Positions 8,112-18,228 of a stretch of DNA of 64,000 nt are shown piece after piece. Origin of the DNA: Actinomycetales bacterium (GTDB taxonomy: Bacteria > Actinomycetota > Actinomycetes > Actinomycetales > Micrococcaceae). The stretch spans positions 623 to 64,622 of the forward strand of contig JBBSSM010000011.1 in assembly GCA_038242155.1 (NCBI GenBank). The letters are read 5' to 3'. Position 1 is the first letter of the stretch. Each line of letters starts with the position of its first letter. The notes under the pieces are model-generated. The model saw only the letters and a program-made list of their open reading frames with translations. It was not told where the DNA came from and did not search any database. The translations under genes and the position numbers were made by a program.

Positions 8112-9491
8112 ATGGCGGCACCCGCCACCGAACAAGGAACTTCCTCCCGCGAACCGGATTTTGCCCGGACGCCGCCGCAGGATTTAGTCGCCGAGCAAAG
8201 CGTCTTGGGCGGCATGATGCTGTCCAAGGACGCCATTGCCGATGTTGTAGAGGTTTTACGCGGTAATGATTTTTACCGCCCCTCACACGAGAGCATTTAC
8301 GAAGCCATCCTTGATTTGTATGGCCGGGGTGAGCCTGCCGATGCCGTGACCGTGGCAGATGAGCTCACCAAACGTGGCGAGATTACCAAGACCGGCGGGG
8401 CTGCGTATTTGCATCAGCTCATCCAGTCGGTGCCTACGGCCGCCAACGCCGGGTTTTATGCGGAAATTGTGGCAGAGCGGGCAGTTTTGCGCCGCCTAGT
8501 CACGGCTGGAACCAAAATCGTGCAAATGGGCTACGCCCAAGACGGCGAAGTTGAAGACGTGGTCAACGCAGCCCAAGCGGAAATATTCGCTGTAGCCGAG
8601 CGTCGCAGCACAGAGGATTATGTACTCCTCAAAGACGTCATGGAATCCACGGTGGATGAAATTGAGGCTTCCGGTCACAAGGGTGAGGGTATGACCGGAG
8701 TGCCCACGGGATTTTATGAATTTGATGAGCTGACCAATGGTCTGCACCCTGGTCAAATGATAGTCATTGCAGCTCGTCCGGCAGTGGGTAAATCCACGTT
8801 CGCACTTGATTGGGCACGGTCGGCTGCCATTGACCACAATATGGCGACAGTGGTTTTTTCCCTGGAAATGGGGCGCAATGAAATTGCCATGCGCCTGCTT
8901 TCGGCCGAGGCCACCATTAGCTTGCAGGACCTTCGCAAGGGCACTGTCAAGGATGACCAGTGGTCCAAAATAGCCACAACCATGGGCAAGATGAATGACG
9001 CTCCCCTGTTTATTGACGACTCACCCAACATGTCGCTGATGGAAATTCGCGCTAAATGCCGACGACTTAAGCAGCAGCATGATTTGAAACTGGTGATCTT
9101 GGATTACCTTCAGCTCATGTCCTCTGGAAAGCGTGTGGAATCACGTCAGCAGGAAGTTTCCGAGTTTTCCCGTGCGCTGAAGCTGCTGGCCAAGGAGCTG
9201 CAGGTACCGGTTGTGGCGCTTTCACAGCTGAACCGTGGTTCGGAGCAGCGCACTGACAAGAAGCCCATGGTTTCTGACCTGCGTGAATCAGGATCCATTG
9301 AGCAGGACGCCGACATGGTGATTTTGCTGCACCGTGAAGACATTTATGACAAAGAATCGGCACGCGCGGGTGAGGCCGATGTGATTGTAGCCAAACACCG
9401 TAACGGTCCCACCAAGACCATTGTGGTGGGTTTCCAAGGACATTATTCCCGCTTCGCCAACATGGCTTCGGACTCTGGCGGCGGCTACTAG
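8112..9491 (+). CDS. dnaB: Replicative DNA helicase DnaB
   Basis: PPQDLVAEQSVLGGMML N-terminal motif, Walker A (ARPAVGKST), and LVILDYLQLM...QLNRGSEQR...SDLRESGSIEQDAD motifs. ATG at 8112 with an AAAGAGG ribosome-binding site. The hydrophobic 53-aa extension from 7953 in the track is implausible. At 459 aa there is no intein. Confidence 0.93.
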   Translation: MAAPATEQGTSSREPDFARTPPQDLVAEQSVLGGMMLSKDAIADVVEVLRGNDFYRPSHESIYEAILDLYGRGEPADAVTVADELTKRGEITKTGGAAYLHQLIQSVPTAANAGFYAEIVAERAVLRRLVTAGTKIVQMGYAQDGEVEDVVNAAQAEIFAVAERRSTEDYVLLKDVMESTVDEIEASGHKGEGMTGVPTGFYEFDELTNGLHPGQMIVIAARPAVGKSTFALDWARSAAIDHNMATVVFSLEMGRNEIAMRLLSAEATISLQDLRKGTVKDDQWSKIATTMGKMNDAPLFIDDSPNMSLMEIRAKCRRLKQQHDLKLVILDYLQLMSSGKRVESRQQEVSEFSRALKLLAKELQVPVVALSQLNRGSEQRTDKKPMVSDLRESGSIEQDADMVILLHREDIYDKESARAGEADVIVAKHRNGPTKTIVVGFQGHYSRFANMASDSGGGY

Positions 9492-9502
9492 AGGCCGGCC
9501 AC

Positions 9503-10864
9503 GTGAAGTCAACCGAACGTTCCGTGGGAGCTTCCCGCTCCACAGCGCGGCAAATTAGAGTTTTAGCAATACCAGCTTTTGGCGCCCTCATTGCCGAGCC
9601 CCTCTTTCTGTTGGCCGACTCAGCCATAGTGGGTCACCTTGGTGTCCCGCAGCTGGCAGGGGTGGGTTTGGCTGCAACGATTTTGCAGACGGTTGTGGGA
9701 CTTATGGTGTTCTTGGCATATTCCACTACGCCTGCCGTGGCGCGGCTTTTGGGTGCCGGTCGAGCAGCTGAAGCGTTGGCCGTGGGTCGAGACGGCCTTT
9801 GGTTAGCGCTTGCGCTGGGTGTTGCGCTTGCAGTGGGTGGCGTTTTTTTCAGTGATGGACTCCTGCGTTCCATGGGTGCCACCGGTCAACTACGCCTGTA
9901 CGCACATGAGTACCTTATAGTGAGCCTGGCCGGCCTCCCTGCCATGCTGCTGGTCATGGCTGCCATGGGCGTACTGCGGGGGTTGCAGGACACAAAAACA
10001 CCGCTGATAGTTGCAACGGCTGGCTTTGGGGTAAACATTGTCATGAACTTTGTGTTGGTTTACGGCCTGAATTTGTCAGTGGGCGGCGCGGCACTGGGGA
10101 CGGTCATTGCCCAATGGGGGATGGCAGCTGTTTACCTCATGATCGTGGTGAAAGCCGCACGGGAGCACCAGCTGTCCCTGCGGCCCAGTTGGCTGGGCGT
10201 CCGCAGGGTTTCCAGTGTGGGCAGTTGGCTTATGCTGAGAACTTTGTCATTGCGCGTGGCCATCCTCGCAACAGTTTTAGTCGCCACCGCGCAGGGGCAA
10301 AACAATTTAGCTGCCCACCAGCTAGCCATGACAATCTTCACCTTCCTGGCATTTGCTTTGGATGCCTTGGCCATTGCCGCGCAAGCTCTCATTGGCAAAG
10401 AACTCGGAGCAGCAAATATTTCCCAAGTCCGCAACTTGACGCGGACCATGACGAAGTGGGGGCTTGTTTTTGGTCTTTTGACGGGAGTGGGTTTGGCGGC
10501 TGTTTCCGGCGGAGTCGGCTGGATCTTCAGTAATGATCCGCGCATCCATGTTGCTTTGACGGCAGCCCTGCTGGTCATTGCCATAGGACAACCCGTGGCA
10601 GGCTATGTATTTGTGCTCGACGGGGTGTTGATTGGTGCAGGTGACGCGCGCTATTTGGCTCTGGCAGGACTAGCTAACCTGGCTATTTATCTGCCGTTGT
10701 TGCTATGGGTGCACCGGGCCGAACTTGGCGACACGAGAGGCGGATTGTTATGGCTTTGGGCCGCTTTCAGCTTGGGCTACATGGGAGCGCGGGCATTGAC
10801 CCTGGGGTTGCGCATACGCGCAGACAAATGGATGCAGGTCGGCGTCTCCGCAAGCCACCGCTAG
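9503..10864 (+). CDS. MATE family efflux transporter (DinF-like)
   Basis: 453 aa, about 12 predicted hydrophobic helices. The N-terminus (LAIPAFGALIAEPLFLLADSAIVGHLG) is typical of MATE/DinF proteins. Confidence 0.85.
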   Translation: MKSTERSVGASRSTARQIRVLAIPAFGALIAEPLFLLADSAIVGHLGVPQLAGVGLAATILQTVVGLMVFLAYSTTPAVARLLGAGRAAEALAVGRDGLWLALALGVALAVGGVFFSDGLLRSMGATGQLRLYAHEYLIVSLAGLPAMLLVMAAMGVLRGLQDTKTPLIVATAGFGVNIVMNFVLVYGLNLSVGGAALGTVIAQWGMAAVYLMIVVKAAREHQLSLRPSWLGVRRVSSVGSWLMLRTLSLRVAILATVLVATAQGQNNLAAHQLAMTIFTFLAFALDALAIAAQALIGKELGAANISQVRNLTRTMTKWGLVFGLLTGVGLAAVSGGVGWIFSNDPRIHVALTAALLVIAIGQPVAGYVFVLDGVLIGAGDARYLALAGLANLAIYLPLLLWVHRAELGDTRGGLLWLWAAFSLGYMGARALTLGLRIRADKWMQVGVSASHR

Positions 10865-10873
10865 ACTTGATGA

Positions 10874-11482
10874 GTGAGTGAAACTGCCTATCCCCACCCA
10901 GCCGATGTCTCCATCTCCGTACCCGGTCCCACGCCACTGTGGCAGCCGCTGCTGTTGCGTGCCGCCGTCACTTTAGCATTCGGTCTACTCACCGTGTTCT
11001 GGCCCACTCCTGGAACCGTGGGTTTATGTGTAAGCCTGGCCGGATATTTGCTGAGTTTGGCTGCGGTTCAGTACTGGACTGTGCGAACCCTGAATCTGCC
11101 CCGCGGTGACACTCGAGGTTTGCCCCTTCGCGGCGCAGCGGGGTTCTTAGCCGTGTCAGCTGTAGTGGTCGCCATTTCCGCAAGTGCTGTCATGGCAGCG
11201 TGGTTGGGGGCTTTGGCGCTCGCAGCATTGGCTGCGGCGGAACTTTTTGCCGCACTGCGAACCCGAAAAGCAGGACCGGTGGCTGGCCGCGCGCTGAAGG
11301 GCGATTGGATGATCTCCGCGGTCCTTGGCTTTGGCACGGGAATAGCATTGCCCTTCTTTGTGGCAGCAGGCCCACATGGACTCCTGGGTGTTGTGGGCGG
11401 TGGTGCCATCATGTCAGGTGCCCTCTGGGCACTGTCCGCTCTCACGCTCCGTCATGACAGTAGTGGCAGTAAAAGCCGCTAA
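10874..11482 (+). CDS. Hypothetical integral membrane protein
   Basis: 202-aa ORF, Ala/Leu/Gly-rich with several hydrophobic segments. It follows the MATE gene directly. I recognise no family motif. Confidence 0.5.
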   Translation: MSETAYPHPADVSISVPGPTPLWQPLLLRAAVTLAFGLLTVFWPTPGTVGLCVSLAGYLLSLAAVQYWTVRTLNLPRGDTRGLPLRGAAGFLAVSAVVVAISASAVMAAWLGALALAALAAAELFAALRTRKAGPVAGRALKGDWMISAVLGFGTGIALPFFVAAGPHGLLGVVGGGAIMSGALWALSALTLRHDSSGSKSR

Positions 11483-11557
11483 ACTTAACACTGAATGTTC
11501 TACCTCGTGTAGAAAATATGTCGTGCGCGCAACACCGAACAAGCCAAAGGACCAAGT

Positions 11558-11899
11558 GTGGGCAACGTAGAGCCGCAGAACCCGAAACAAAATTCCGGAG
11601 CTTCCATTAAGTTCCCCCTCAGCTTCTCAGCAGCCCTGGGCGCAGTTGCTGGTCTTATCACGTTGGTGGTTTCCGCGGGTGGGATCGAGAATGGCTTGCG
11701 CTGGGACTTGGCCGGTATTGCCTTTGGGATTGCTTTTATAGCCACCTTGCTTATCGCCTCATTGCTGGTGATGGGCCACAAGGAAAACGACAGCTATCTT
11801 AGTGAGGGATCGGGCGTGAATCGCAAGTCTTCGGATCGCCTGAGCAATATCAAAAAGCAAGATCCCTCCGGCAATGACACTTCAGGGTCCCAGAGCTAA
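11558..11899 (+). CDS. Hypothetical small membrane protein
   Basis: 113 aa with two hydrophobic helices and a hydrophilic Ser/Asp-rich tail. Codon usage looks similar to the neighbouring genes. Confidence 0.45.
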   Translation: MGNVEPQNPKQNSGASIKFPLSFSAALGAVAGLITLVVSAGGIENGLRWDLAGIAFGIAFIATLLIASLLVMGHKENDSYLSEGSGVNRKSSDRLSNIKKQDPSGNDTSGSQS

Positions 11900-11932
11900 G
11901 GCCGAATAAACAATCCAGAGGGGTTTGCGTTT

Positions 11933-12967
11933 TTAATGCGGCCGTCTGAGGTTTGCCAAGCTGCTTTGAATTCGGTTGAAAATCTGCGCGTCAACGTCCA
12001 CGCCACTGCGTTTGAGTACCATTACTGACGCGCCCACCGCGCCATCCTCCACAAGAATTGGAGTTGCAGGCGCACCACTTGCGGCAGAGAGCTGTTGTGT
12101 AACAGCGGTTGCTATCAATGGGCCTTTGGTCAAAACACTTCCGCCAAAAATCAGTGGCCCCGCAGTTAGGGGAGCGCCGCTTTGTGTGTTTCCTTTGGCC
12201 GCGTCCGTTCCTGCAGCTAACCCTGCAGTTAATAAGGTGTGAGCAAGTGCCGTGGCGGCGCGGCTAACGATATCTTGAGCGACGGAATCGAGAGGCGCTG
12301 CAAATACCAGCGGGGCGAAGCGGGACAGCTCGATGGGGCTTTGCCCATACACCTTGGCAATCAATTGCTGCTGTGCCCGGAGCCTTCCTTGGATGCGGTC
12401 CATTGGATGAAGTTCAATGCCCAGTTCAGCAAGAAGGAGCGGCGTCAGTGCCGTGAGCGGACCCCTGCCGTCCAATGCCGCACCGACGGCTTGAGCAACT
12501 TCTCGGCCCAGCCAAAACCCCGAACCAGTATCACCTAACAACCATCCCGCTCCGTCAATTACTGAAAGCAGTTGGCTTTGCGCCACCCGGGCACCCACCG
12601 CGCCAGTCCCAGCTATTAGGACATGTCCAAAATCGTGAAAGGTTCCGGAGTAAAAAGTCGCTAATAAATCAGATTCCATCATAAGTTGCGTTGATGGATC
12701 CAGCATGGTTAAGCTGTCCCGGAGCAATTTCAGGGGTGGTTCCAAGGACATTCCCGCCGTGGCCACCAGGACGTGGCCGACGGGTGCTTTGCTGCCAGCC
12801 ACTGCACGTTTTGCAGCAAGGTTAAGGGCCGCCAAAGCCGACTCAAAACCGCGGGAAACCGGGTTACCGCCGCCTGCCATGCCGTAACCCAAGCACTCTC
12901 CGGAAGTATTTAAGAGCACGGCCCGCGTGGCTGTCCCGCCAGCGTCGAGGGCAAGAAAATTTGGCAT
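11933..12967 (-). CDS. BadF/BadG/BcrA/BcrD-type ATPase (N-acetylglucosamine-kinase-like sugar kinase)
   Basis: MPNFLALDAGGTATRAVLL matches the ASKHA phosphate-1 motif, and IAGTGAVG and GWLLGDTGSGFWLG are typical of this kinase family. ATG at 12967 is preferred over the longer track start at 13078. Confidence 0.8.
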   Translation of the reverse strand: MPNFLALDAGGTATRAVLLNTSGECLGYGMAGGGNPVSRGFESALAALNLAAKRAVAGSKAPVGHVLVATAGMSLEPPLKLLRDSLTMLDPSTQLMMESDLLATFYSGTFHDFGHVLIAGTGAVGARVAQSQLLSVIDGAGWLLGDTGSGFWLGREVAQAVGAALDGRGPLTALTPLLLAELGIELHPMDRIQGRLRAQQQLIAKVYGQSPIELSRFAPLVFAAPLDSVAQDIVSRAATALAHTLLTAGLAAGTDAAKGNTQSGAPLTAGPLIFGGSVLTKGPLIATAVTQQLSAASGAPATPILVEDGAVGASVMVLKRSGVDVDAQIFNRIQSSLANLRRPH

Positions 12968-13059
12968 TGTTACCATTCTGTGGCTGAGTGTGACTTGACT
13001 TACATTTGAGATGAGAATAGTTTTCATTGTATTGGTAGTCAAAAGAAATGGATTTTCAC

Positions 13060-14019
13060 ATGTCGGCCTTATCGTCACCTATGGCAACTGCAACAGCTGC
13101 CGGCGTGGTGAACCGCATTCAGGCAAAACTCCCTGACATGCCGGCGGCCATGGCGAAGATTGGTTCCTTCCTTTTGCAGCATCCCCAGGCCCCGCTGGAA
13201 CTTTCCATCATGGAGCTTGCTGAACAAACAAAAACTTCGCCCGCCACCGTGACACGTTTTTGCCGGCTACTGGGTTATGCGGGGTACGTGCCCTTCCGGG
13301 TGAGTATTGCCTCTGACATGGGCCGCAGCGATGCCCGGGAATCGTGGAAGGCTGACATTGGCCGGGCTTTCGGCCCGGATGACTCACCTCGTGATGTCCT
13401 GAGCACTTTGGTCAACGCCCACACACGCTCCCTTGGAGAAACCGCTGCGGTAATGGATTTGGCTTTGATGAATAAAATTGCCCGCCGTATTGCCATGAGC
13501 TCGCACGTAGATATCTACGGTATTGGCGGCAGCGGCGTGATGGCCAAGGAACTGCAGTCGCGTCTCTATCGAATCGGCATAAATGCCCACCACTGGTCCG
13601 AAGTGCATGAGGGACTAACCAGTGCAGCGATCCAGGACGTCAACTCCGTGGCCATTGGCATCTCCAATACGGGCCGCACGGAAGAGACGCTGCAAATGCT
13701 CCGGGAAGCAGGTGAGGCTGGGGCTTTGACCGTTGCTCTGAGCAATAACCCCGGTTCGCCGTTGGCGGAGAGTGCGGATGAATCCATCATCACCTCTGTT
13801 CATGAACAGTTTCTGCAGCCGGATGACCTGTCTGCCAAGCATGTCCAACTTTTGGTTATTGACCTGCTTTATCTTCTTGTAGCTCAGGTCAATTTTGCTC
13901 AAACCACCTCAAAACTTGCAGCTTCAGCCATGGCTGTTTCTCCGCACCGTCGTCCTACGCGGGCTGCCCGGCTGGAACTGGGCACCCATAGGGCGCCACG
14001 CTCTTCGAAGGGGGGATGA
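13060..14019 (+). CDS. MurR/RpiR family transcriptional regulator (HTH plus SIS domain)
   Basis: N-terminal HTH_6-like region (MAKIGSFLLQHPQ...ELAEQTKTSPATVTRFCRLLGYAGY) followed by an SIS domain (VDIYGIGGSGVMAKEL...GISNTGRT). Divergent from the kinase gene. Confidence 0.85.
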   Translation: MSALSSPMATATAAGVVNRIQAKLPDMPAAMAKIGSFLLQHPQAPLELSIMELAEQTKTSPATVTRFCRLLGYAGYVPFRVSIASDMGRSDARESWKADIGRAFGPDDSPRDVLSTLVNAHTRSLGETAAVMDLALMNKIARRIAMSSHVDIYGIGGSGVMAKELQSRLYRIGINAHHWSEVHEGLTSAAIQDVNSVAIGISNTGRTEETLQMLREAGEAGALTVALSNNPGSPLAESADESIITSVHEQFLQPDDLSAKHVQLLVIDLLYLLVAQVNFAQTTSKLAASAMAVSPHRRPTRAARLELGTHRAPRSSKGG

Positions 14020-14789
14020 AGGCCATCAGTAATTCCATAGGGCTCTTCAGTCGGGAAGTTGGCACCCGCTTGGATGCCATTACAGCGTGGGCGTGTGAAG
14101 GCGGGTTAAGCGAAGCCGTCGATGCCCTGGCGCAGACACTGGTCAATGGCGGTGTCATTCAAGCTTTTGGCACGGGGCATTCCGAAGCCTTTGCCATGGA
14201 AATTGCGGGCAGGGCAGGCGGGCTGATCCCTACCAGCAAGATTGCCCTGCGAGATCTGGTACTTCATGGTGACCGCGACGTAGCAGTACTTGATTCGTTG
14301 GCGGGGTCGGTTTTAGAACGGGATGTAGGCGTAGCTGAGGAGCTTTTTAATCTTTCCCTTGTTGATCCACGCGATATATTCCTCATTGCCTCCAACTCGG
14401 GAGTGAACGGTTCAGTTGTGGGTCTGGCCCTTGCCGCCAAAGAACGCGGTCACAAGGTGATTGCCGTAACGAGCTTGGAGCACACCAATGCGGTGGACAC
14501 CAAGCACCCCAGCGGTAGGCGTCTAAACGATATTGCCGACATTGTTATCGATAATAGGGCTCCCTTTGGTGACACCACCATGGAAATTTCCAGCGGCGGA
14601 GGGGTGGGCGCCGTCTCATCAATCACTGCCGCGTACATTGCGCAACTGCTGACCATTGAGACGGTTGAGAGTCTGGTCCGTGCGGGAGAACCCCCGCCTA
14701 TCTATGTGTCGGCAAATGTTCCAGGCGGGGACGAACACAACACGGCTCTGGTTAGCCGGTACGCTGGCCGGCTCAGACGTGATGCGTGA
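14016..14789 (+). CDS. SIS-domain protein (UPF0309-like sugar-phosphate isomerase/binding protein)
   Basis: 257 aa with VIQAFGTGHSEAFAMEIAGRAGG and FLIASNSGVNGSVV, typical SIS_2 signatures. The start overlaps the RpiR stop (ATGA). Confidence 0.75.
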   Translation: MKAISNSIGLFSREVGTRLDAITAWACEGGLSEAVDALAQTLVNGGVIQAFGTGHSEAFAMEIAGRAGGLIPTSKIALRDLVLHGDRDVAVLDSLAGSVLERDVGVAEELFNLSLVDPRDIFLIASNSGVNGSVVGLALAAKERGHKVIAVTSLEHTNAVDTKHPSGRRLNDIADIVIDNRAPFGDTTMEISSGGGVGAVSSITAAYIAQLLTIETVESLVRAGEPPPIYVSANVPGGDEHNTALVSRYAGRLRRDA

Positions 14790-14911
14790 AGCCGTTGTCA
14801 TACAGGAGGAATTCACTATGTGGAATGGAATGCAAGGCATTTGACGTAACGGACTGATTTATTTCAGGACCGAATTAGTGCTCGTACCATCAATGGAAGG
14901 CAGTACAACAA

Positions 14912-16327
14912 ATGAATATTCACAATAAACCTTTGCAGCGTCGCGGATTCTTGCGCGGCGCCCTCGCCACGGCAGTTCTTTTGCCACTGGGTGGGGCGCT
15001 GGCTTCCTGTGCCGGTGGTTCCACCAGCTCAGATAATGCCGCCCCCACTGGCGAAGTGGACCCCGTTAAGAATCCTTTTGGGTTGGCCAACACCGGCAAA
15101 CTCGACGCCGTAATTTTTAAGGGCGGCTACGGCATTGACTATGTTGAGTTCGCCGGCGACATTGTCAAAAAGAATTTCCCCGAGCTAGAAGTCAGCATTA
15201 ACCCATCCACTGACATTGCACAGGAACTGCAACCCCGCTTTGTCGGTGGCAACCCGCCGGATTTGATTGATAATTCGGGTGCAAAGTCCATTGGCTTCAG
15301 CACCATTTTGGATAAGCTGGAAGATTTGCAGTCCGTTATTGATGCCAACAATCTCGAAGGCACCAAGATCGCCGACACTCTGTTCGACGGTGTTCTGGCG
15401 CCGGGCACATTCGATGGCAAGCTGGCCGCCATCAACTACGTCCTGACGATCTATGCATGGTGGTACTCGGCCAGTTTGTTCAAGGAAAACGGCTGGACGG
15501 TTCCCACGACGTGGGACGAAGCCTACGAACTTGGTGTCAAGGCCAAGGAGCAGGGCAAGTTCCTGTTCGTCTGGGGCAAGGAAGCCGCCACGTATTACCA
15601 AACCATGGCCATTGAATCAGCCATTAAGGAAGGCGGTGACGAGGTGCGCGTTGCCCTGGAAAACCTCGAGCCCGACTGCTGGTCAATGCCTGCAGTCCAG
15701 AGCGTCTTCATGGCCATGGAGAAAATTGTCAAGGCCGGCATGTTTAAACCAGGTGGCGCGGGCACTGCCTTCACGGCAGCTCAGGCGCAGTGGAGCAACG
15801 GCCAAGAAGCCCTGCTCTACCCTTCGGGTTCCTGGATTGAAAATGAGATGAAGGACCAGACCAAAGCCGGATTCGAAATGACAGGTGCCCCGGTGCCGGT
15901 TGTCTCCGCCAGCCCCAAGATTGCCCAGACGGGCGTTCGTTCCGCCGGTGGTGAACCCTTCATCATTCCTTCCCAGGGCGCAAATGTGGCTGCCGGCAAG
16001 GAATTGCTGCGCACCATGCTCTCCAAGGAAGCGGCCAGCAACTTTGCCAAGGAAAAACTGGCGCCCACAGTGGTCAAGGGCACTGTTCCAGCCGATGGTT
16101 TTGGCTCCACTGCGCTGGTCTCCCAGACCGGCATGCTGGAAGTGGCTGGCAAGGACATCTTCACGTGGAACTTCATTGACACTTACGGCATGAACGGGGA
16201 CATGCTGGTGCCATGGAACGAATTCCTTGACGGCAAGCTCGACGTCGCTGCCCTCACCAAAGCGTTGCAAAGCATCACCGACAAGGTCGCCAATGATTCC
16301 TCGGTCAAGAAGATTGAAGTGAAGTGA
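14912..16327 (+). CDS. ABC transporter extracellular sugar-binding lipoprotein (NgcE-like)
   Basis: Twin-arginine-like signal (QRRGFLRG) and a lipobox (GGALASCAG). Family 1 solute-binding-protein size (471 aa). Two permease genes follow. Confidence 0.85.
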   Translation: MNIHNKPLQRRGFLRGALATAVLLPLGGALASCAGGSTSSDNAAPTGEVDPVKNPFGLANTGKLDAVIFKGGYGIDYVEFAGDIVKKNFPELEVSINPSTDIAQELQPRFVGGNPPDLIDNSGAKSIGFSTILDKLEDLQSVIDANNLEGTKIADTLFDGVLAPGTFDGKLAAINYVLTIYAWWYSASLFKENGWTVPTTWDEAYELGVKAKEQGKFLFVWGKEAATYYQTMAIESAIKEGGDEVRVALENLEPDCWSMPAVQSVFMAMEKIVKAGMFKPGGAGTAFTAAQAQWSNGQEALLYPSGSWIENEMKDQTKAGFEMTGAPVPVVSASPKIAQTGVRSAGGEPFIIPSQGANVAAGKELLRTMLSKEAASNFAKEKLAPTVVKGTVPADGFGSTALVSQTGMLEVAGKDIFTWNFIDTYGMNGDMLVPWNEFLDGKLDVAALTKALQSITDKVANDSSVKKIEVK

Positions 16328-17319
16328 TACCAGCGCCAGTTCAGGTGCGGCCGGCCAGGGGCGTTGCCGCCACTGTCCGGCGGCGGCGAAAAAAACTGAC
16401 ATTTGACAAGGTCAGCTTCATGGCAGTCTTTTTGGGGCTGCCGCTGGTGATTTATTTAGTCTTTGTCATCTCACCGTTTATTCAGGCGATTTATTACTCC
16501 ATGACGAGCTGGAGCGGCTTCGACAGCAACATGCCGTTTATTGGTGTGGAGAACTACGTCAAACTAATAAACGACGATATTTTCATGATTTCAGTGCGGA
16601 ACTCAATTGTTTTGGCACTCTTTTTGCCCGTGGTCACTGTCATCCTTTCTTTGATCCTGGCCACCCTCGTCACCATTGGCGGCAGCAGCCGCGGACAAAT
16701 CAGTGGTTTGAAAGCGGCTGGTTTTTACCGTGTGATCTCGTTCTTTCCGTATGTGGTTCCTGCCGTGGTCATTGGCATTATTTGGTCCCAAATTTTTAAT
16801 CCCAGCAATGGTTTGCTCAATGGAATCCTTACGGGCGTGGGGATTGACGCTGCCGAGGATTTTGCTTGGCTCGGTGACTCCCGCACTGCCATGATTGCCT
16901 CAATGGTGGTCATTGTGTGGGGCTTCGTGGGTTTTTACATGATCTTGTTCATTGCCGCCATTAAGGGCATCCCGGCGGAGACGTTTGAAGCAGCCCGCAT
17001 TGATGGGGCAGGACGCCTGCGCACAGCCGTGAGCATCACTATTCCGCTGATCCGCGACAACATTCAAACGGCGTATGTGTATATGGGCATTTTGGCACTG
17101 GATGCATTTGTCTACATGTCCGTCTTAAACTCTACGGGTGGTCCGGGTAACTCCACGTTGGTGATGTCCCAAAAGCTGTTTAGTACAGCCTTTACCAAGG
17201 GTCAATTCGGCCTTGCTTGTGCCATGGGTGTGGTCTTGGCAGTAATAACGCTGATTTTCTCGGCACTGGTCTTTGCTGTCAACAAGTGGACCGGCGGCAG
17301 TAAGGATGTGTCTGAATAA
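16324..17319 (+). CDS. Carbohydrate ABC transporter permease (MalF-type)
   Basis: Six hydrophobic segments and an EAA-like loop (EAARIDGAGRLRTAVSITIPL). The exact start is uncertain; a GTG at 16345 is also possible. Confidence 0.85.
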   Translation: MIPAPVQVRPARGVAATVRRRRKKLTFDKVSFMAVFLGLPLVIYLVFVISPFIQAIYYSMTSWSGFDSNMPFIGVENYVKLINDDIFMISVRNSIVLALFLPVVTVILSLILATLVTIGGSSRGQISGLKAAGFYRVISFFPYVVPAVVIGIIWSQIFNPSNGLLNGILTGVGIDAAEDFAWLGDSRTAMIASMVVIVWGFVGFYMILFIAAIKGIPAETFEAARIDGAGRLRTAVSITIPLIRDNIQTAYVYMGILALDAFVYMSVLNSTGGPGNSTLVMSQKLFSTAFTKGQFGLACAMGVVLAVITLIFSALVFAVNKWTGGSKDVSE

Positions 17320-18212
17320 TGACTTTAAACCTGCTTAGGCGGCCCTCCGCCCCCGCGCACACCGAGCGCAGGGCTAAGGAAACCAAGGGTGACAACGTGG
17401 TGGCAGGCGTGTCGCACACCATGCTCGCCCTATGGTCCCTCATGGTACTGATCCCTCTGGGGTGGACACTGCTGTCATCCTTTAAGACCACATCGGAGAT
17501 TTTCGCCTCACCGTTCGCGCTTCCGCAGGATTGGAAGTTTGTGAACTACGTCAACGCGTGGAACACAGCCGGTATTGGCACGTACTTCTTTAACACGGTG
17601 ATTGTGGTGGGATGTGCGCTGGTCATTGTCATGGTGCTCGGCGCCATGTGCGCTTATGTATTGGCCCGCTACGTGTTCCCCGGCTCCCGTACCGTGTATT
17701 ACCTCATGCTTGCCGGGCTGACCTTCCCGGTGTTCTTAGCCATTGTGCCGCTGTTCTTTATTTTGAAGAACCTGGGATTGTTAAATACGCTGCCCGGACT
17801 CATCATTGTCTATGTGGCCTTTGCGCTGCCATTTACCGTGTTTTTCCTCTTCTCCTTCTTCAAGGCTCTACCGGGGGAAATTGCCGAAGCTGCGCAAATT
17901 GATGGTGCCGGAGAATGGCGAACTTTTTTCCAGGTCATGCTGCCCATGGCCAAACCGGGCATGGCATCGGTGGCCATCTTCAATTTTCTGGGACTGTGGA
18001 ACCAGTACTTGATTCCCGTGGCCATCAACACCAATCGGGAGAACTATGTGCTCTCCCAAGGCATTGCCGCCTACGCCGGCCAAATGGGGTACGCAGTGGA
18101 CTTTGGTGCATTGTTCGCCGCCGCCATCATTGTGGTGGTCCCGGTGTTGGTGATGTACATCCTGTTCCAACGTCAGCTCCAAGGCTCGGTCTCTGCGGGA
18201 ACCATGAAGTAA
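17319..18212 (+). CDS. Carbohydrate ABC transporter permease (MalG-type)
   Basis: EAAQIDGAGEWRTFFQVMLPMAKPG loop motif. The start overlaps the upstream stop. Confidence 0.88.
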   Translation: MTLNLLRRPSAPAHTERRAKETKGDNVVAGVSHTMLALWSLMVLIPLGWTLLSSFKTTSEIFASPFALPQDWKFVNYVNAWNTAGIGTYFFNTVIVVGCALVIVMVLGAMCAYVLARYVFPGSRTVYYLMLAGLTFPVFLAIVPLFFILKNLGLLNTLPGLIIVYVAFALPFTVFFLFSFFKALPGEIAEAAQIDGAGEWRTFFQVMLPMAKPGMASVAIFNFLGLWNQYLIPVAINTNRENYVLSQGIAAYAGQMGYAVDFGALFAAAIIVVVPVLVMYILFQRQLQGSVSAGTMK

Positions 18213-18228
18213 GCACTTGCCGCTGGTT

